From the NCBI RefSeq assembly GCF_001194135.2, contig NC_068989.1:61223735-61263131 (forward strand): DNA of 39,397 nucleotides. Direction: 5' to 3'. This DNA is from Octopus bimaculoides. Taxonomy: Eukaryota. A program made the translations under genes and the position numbers. The notes under the pieces are model-generated. The model searched no databases, was not told where the DNA came from, and saw only the letters and a program-made list of their open reading frames with translations. Position 1 is the first letter of the stretch; the number at the start of each line of letters is the position of its first letter. Positions 38,621 through 39,397 of the stretch are shown here, one piece after another.

Positions 38621-39397
38621 TTCAGTTTGTGCCAAGAATGTTGACATAAAAACCAGAAATTGATTGGAATTTATTTCATATGTATTACTTGTAATATTCG
38701 GTTCATCGTTATTTTACAAAGACAAATGAGAAAGTTAATGCTTACCATTCTTTGCATAAAATAATCTTTATTTCTTTTCATTTGTTGCACCGTCCTGGCT
38801 GTGAATATATTCTTCCATAATGTACAAATCCGAAAATGAGAATGAAATTGACTTTATCATAAGTAAAAGTTTTCTTGTAAAGCTTGATTTGCAAGGTGAT
38901 GAAATGTGATATTTGTATATTTGAATAGACGAAGTGGAAAGAAGTCTTTTATCGTTCTGCATATATGTACAGAACTTTTGTTTTATCGGAGAAGTTAATC
39001 GTTTTCAAAATCGCATAATCTAATTTTATTTGAGTTAAATTAACCTCAGTTCATGAATTAAATGATATGTAAGAAATTTTAATTCAAGTAATTTTTAGTT
39101 CACAAGTTGGGAAATAAAATTGAAGTCTCGGAGGTGCAAGAAGCTCAACACCAAATAGTCAAATGGAGGCTTTCGACCGCAAAAATTAATAATTACAAAA
39201 CCTATTAATTCATAAAAATGAGCATTAACAATTATTTGAGTATATGTAGTTGTACATACGTGTTCTTAGTAGAAAGAATATACACGCACACACACACGCA
39301 TAATATATATACGTGTGTATGTGTATATATGGTTGTTTTTCGTGATGTCTTTGTTGCTTTAATAGAAAAGTATATATATATATATATATATATATAT

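Overview
AT-rich, repeat-saturated eukaryotic DNA from a gapped draft scaffold. It has eight N gaps, most of them bordered by microsatellites. The SINE and LINE families look like those I recall from octopod cephalopods (Octopus), which is an inference. No long ORF in the track is a recognisable gene: almost all are microsatellite or N-gap artefacts. The only coding sequence I can identify is transposon-derived. It comprises a rearranged Tc1/mariner transposase remnant, an L1/Tx1-type ORF2 fragment inside a (TATC)n array, and three different R4/Dong-type restriction-like-endonuclease (RLE) 3' ends packed into about 1.7 kb. There are also decayed CR1/L2-like remnants and about eight tRNA-derived SINE copies. 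Two non-trivial inverted repeats are present (about 110 bp and 56 bp arms; the shorter carries a degenerate hammerhead-like core). Several short plus-strand splice-bounded open frames could be exons of an unidentified gene, but these are low confidence.
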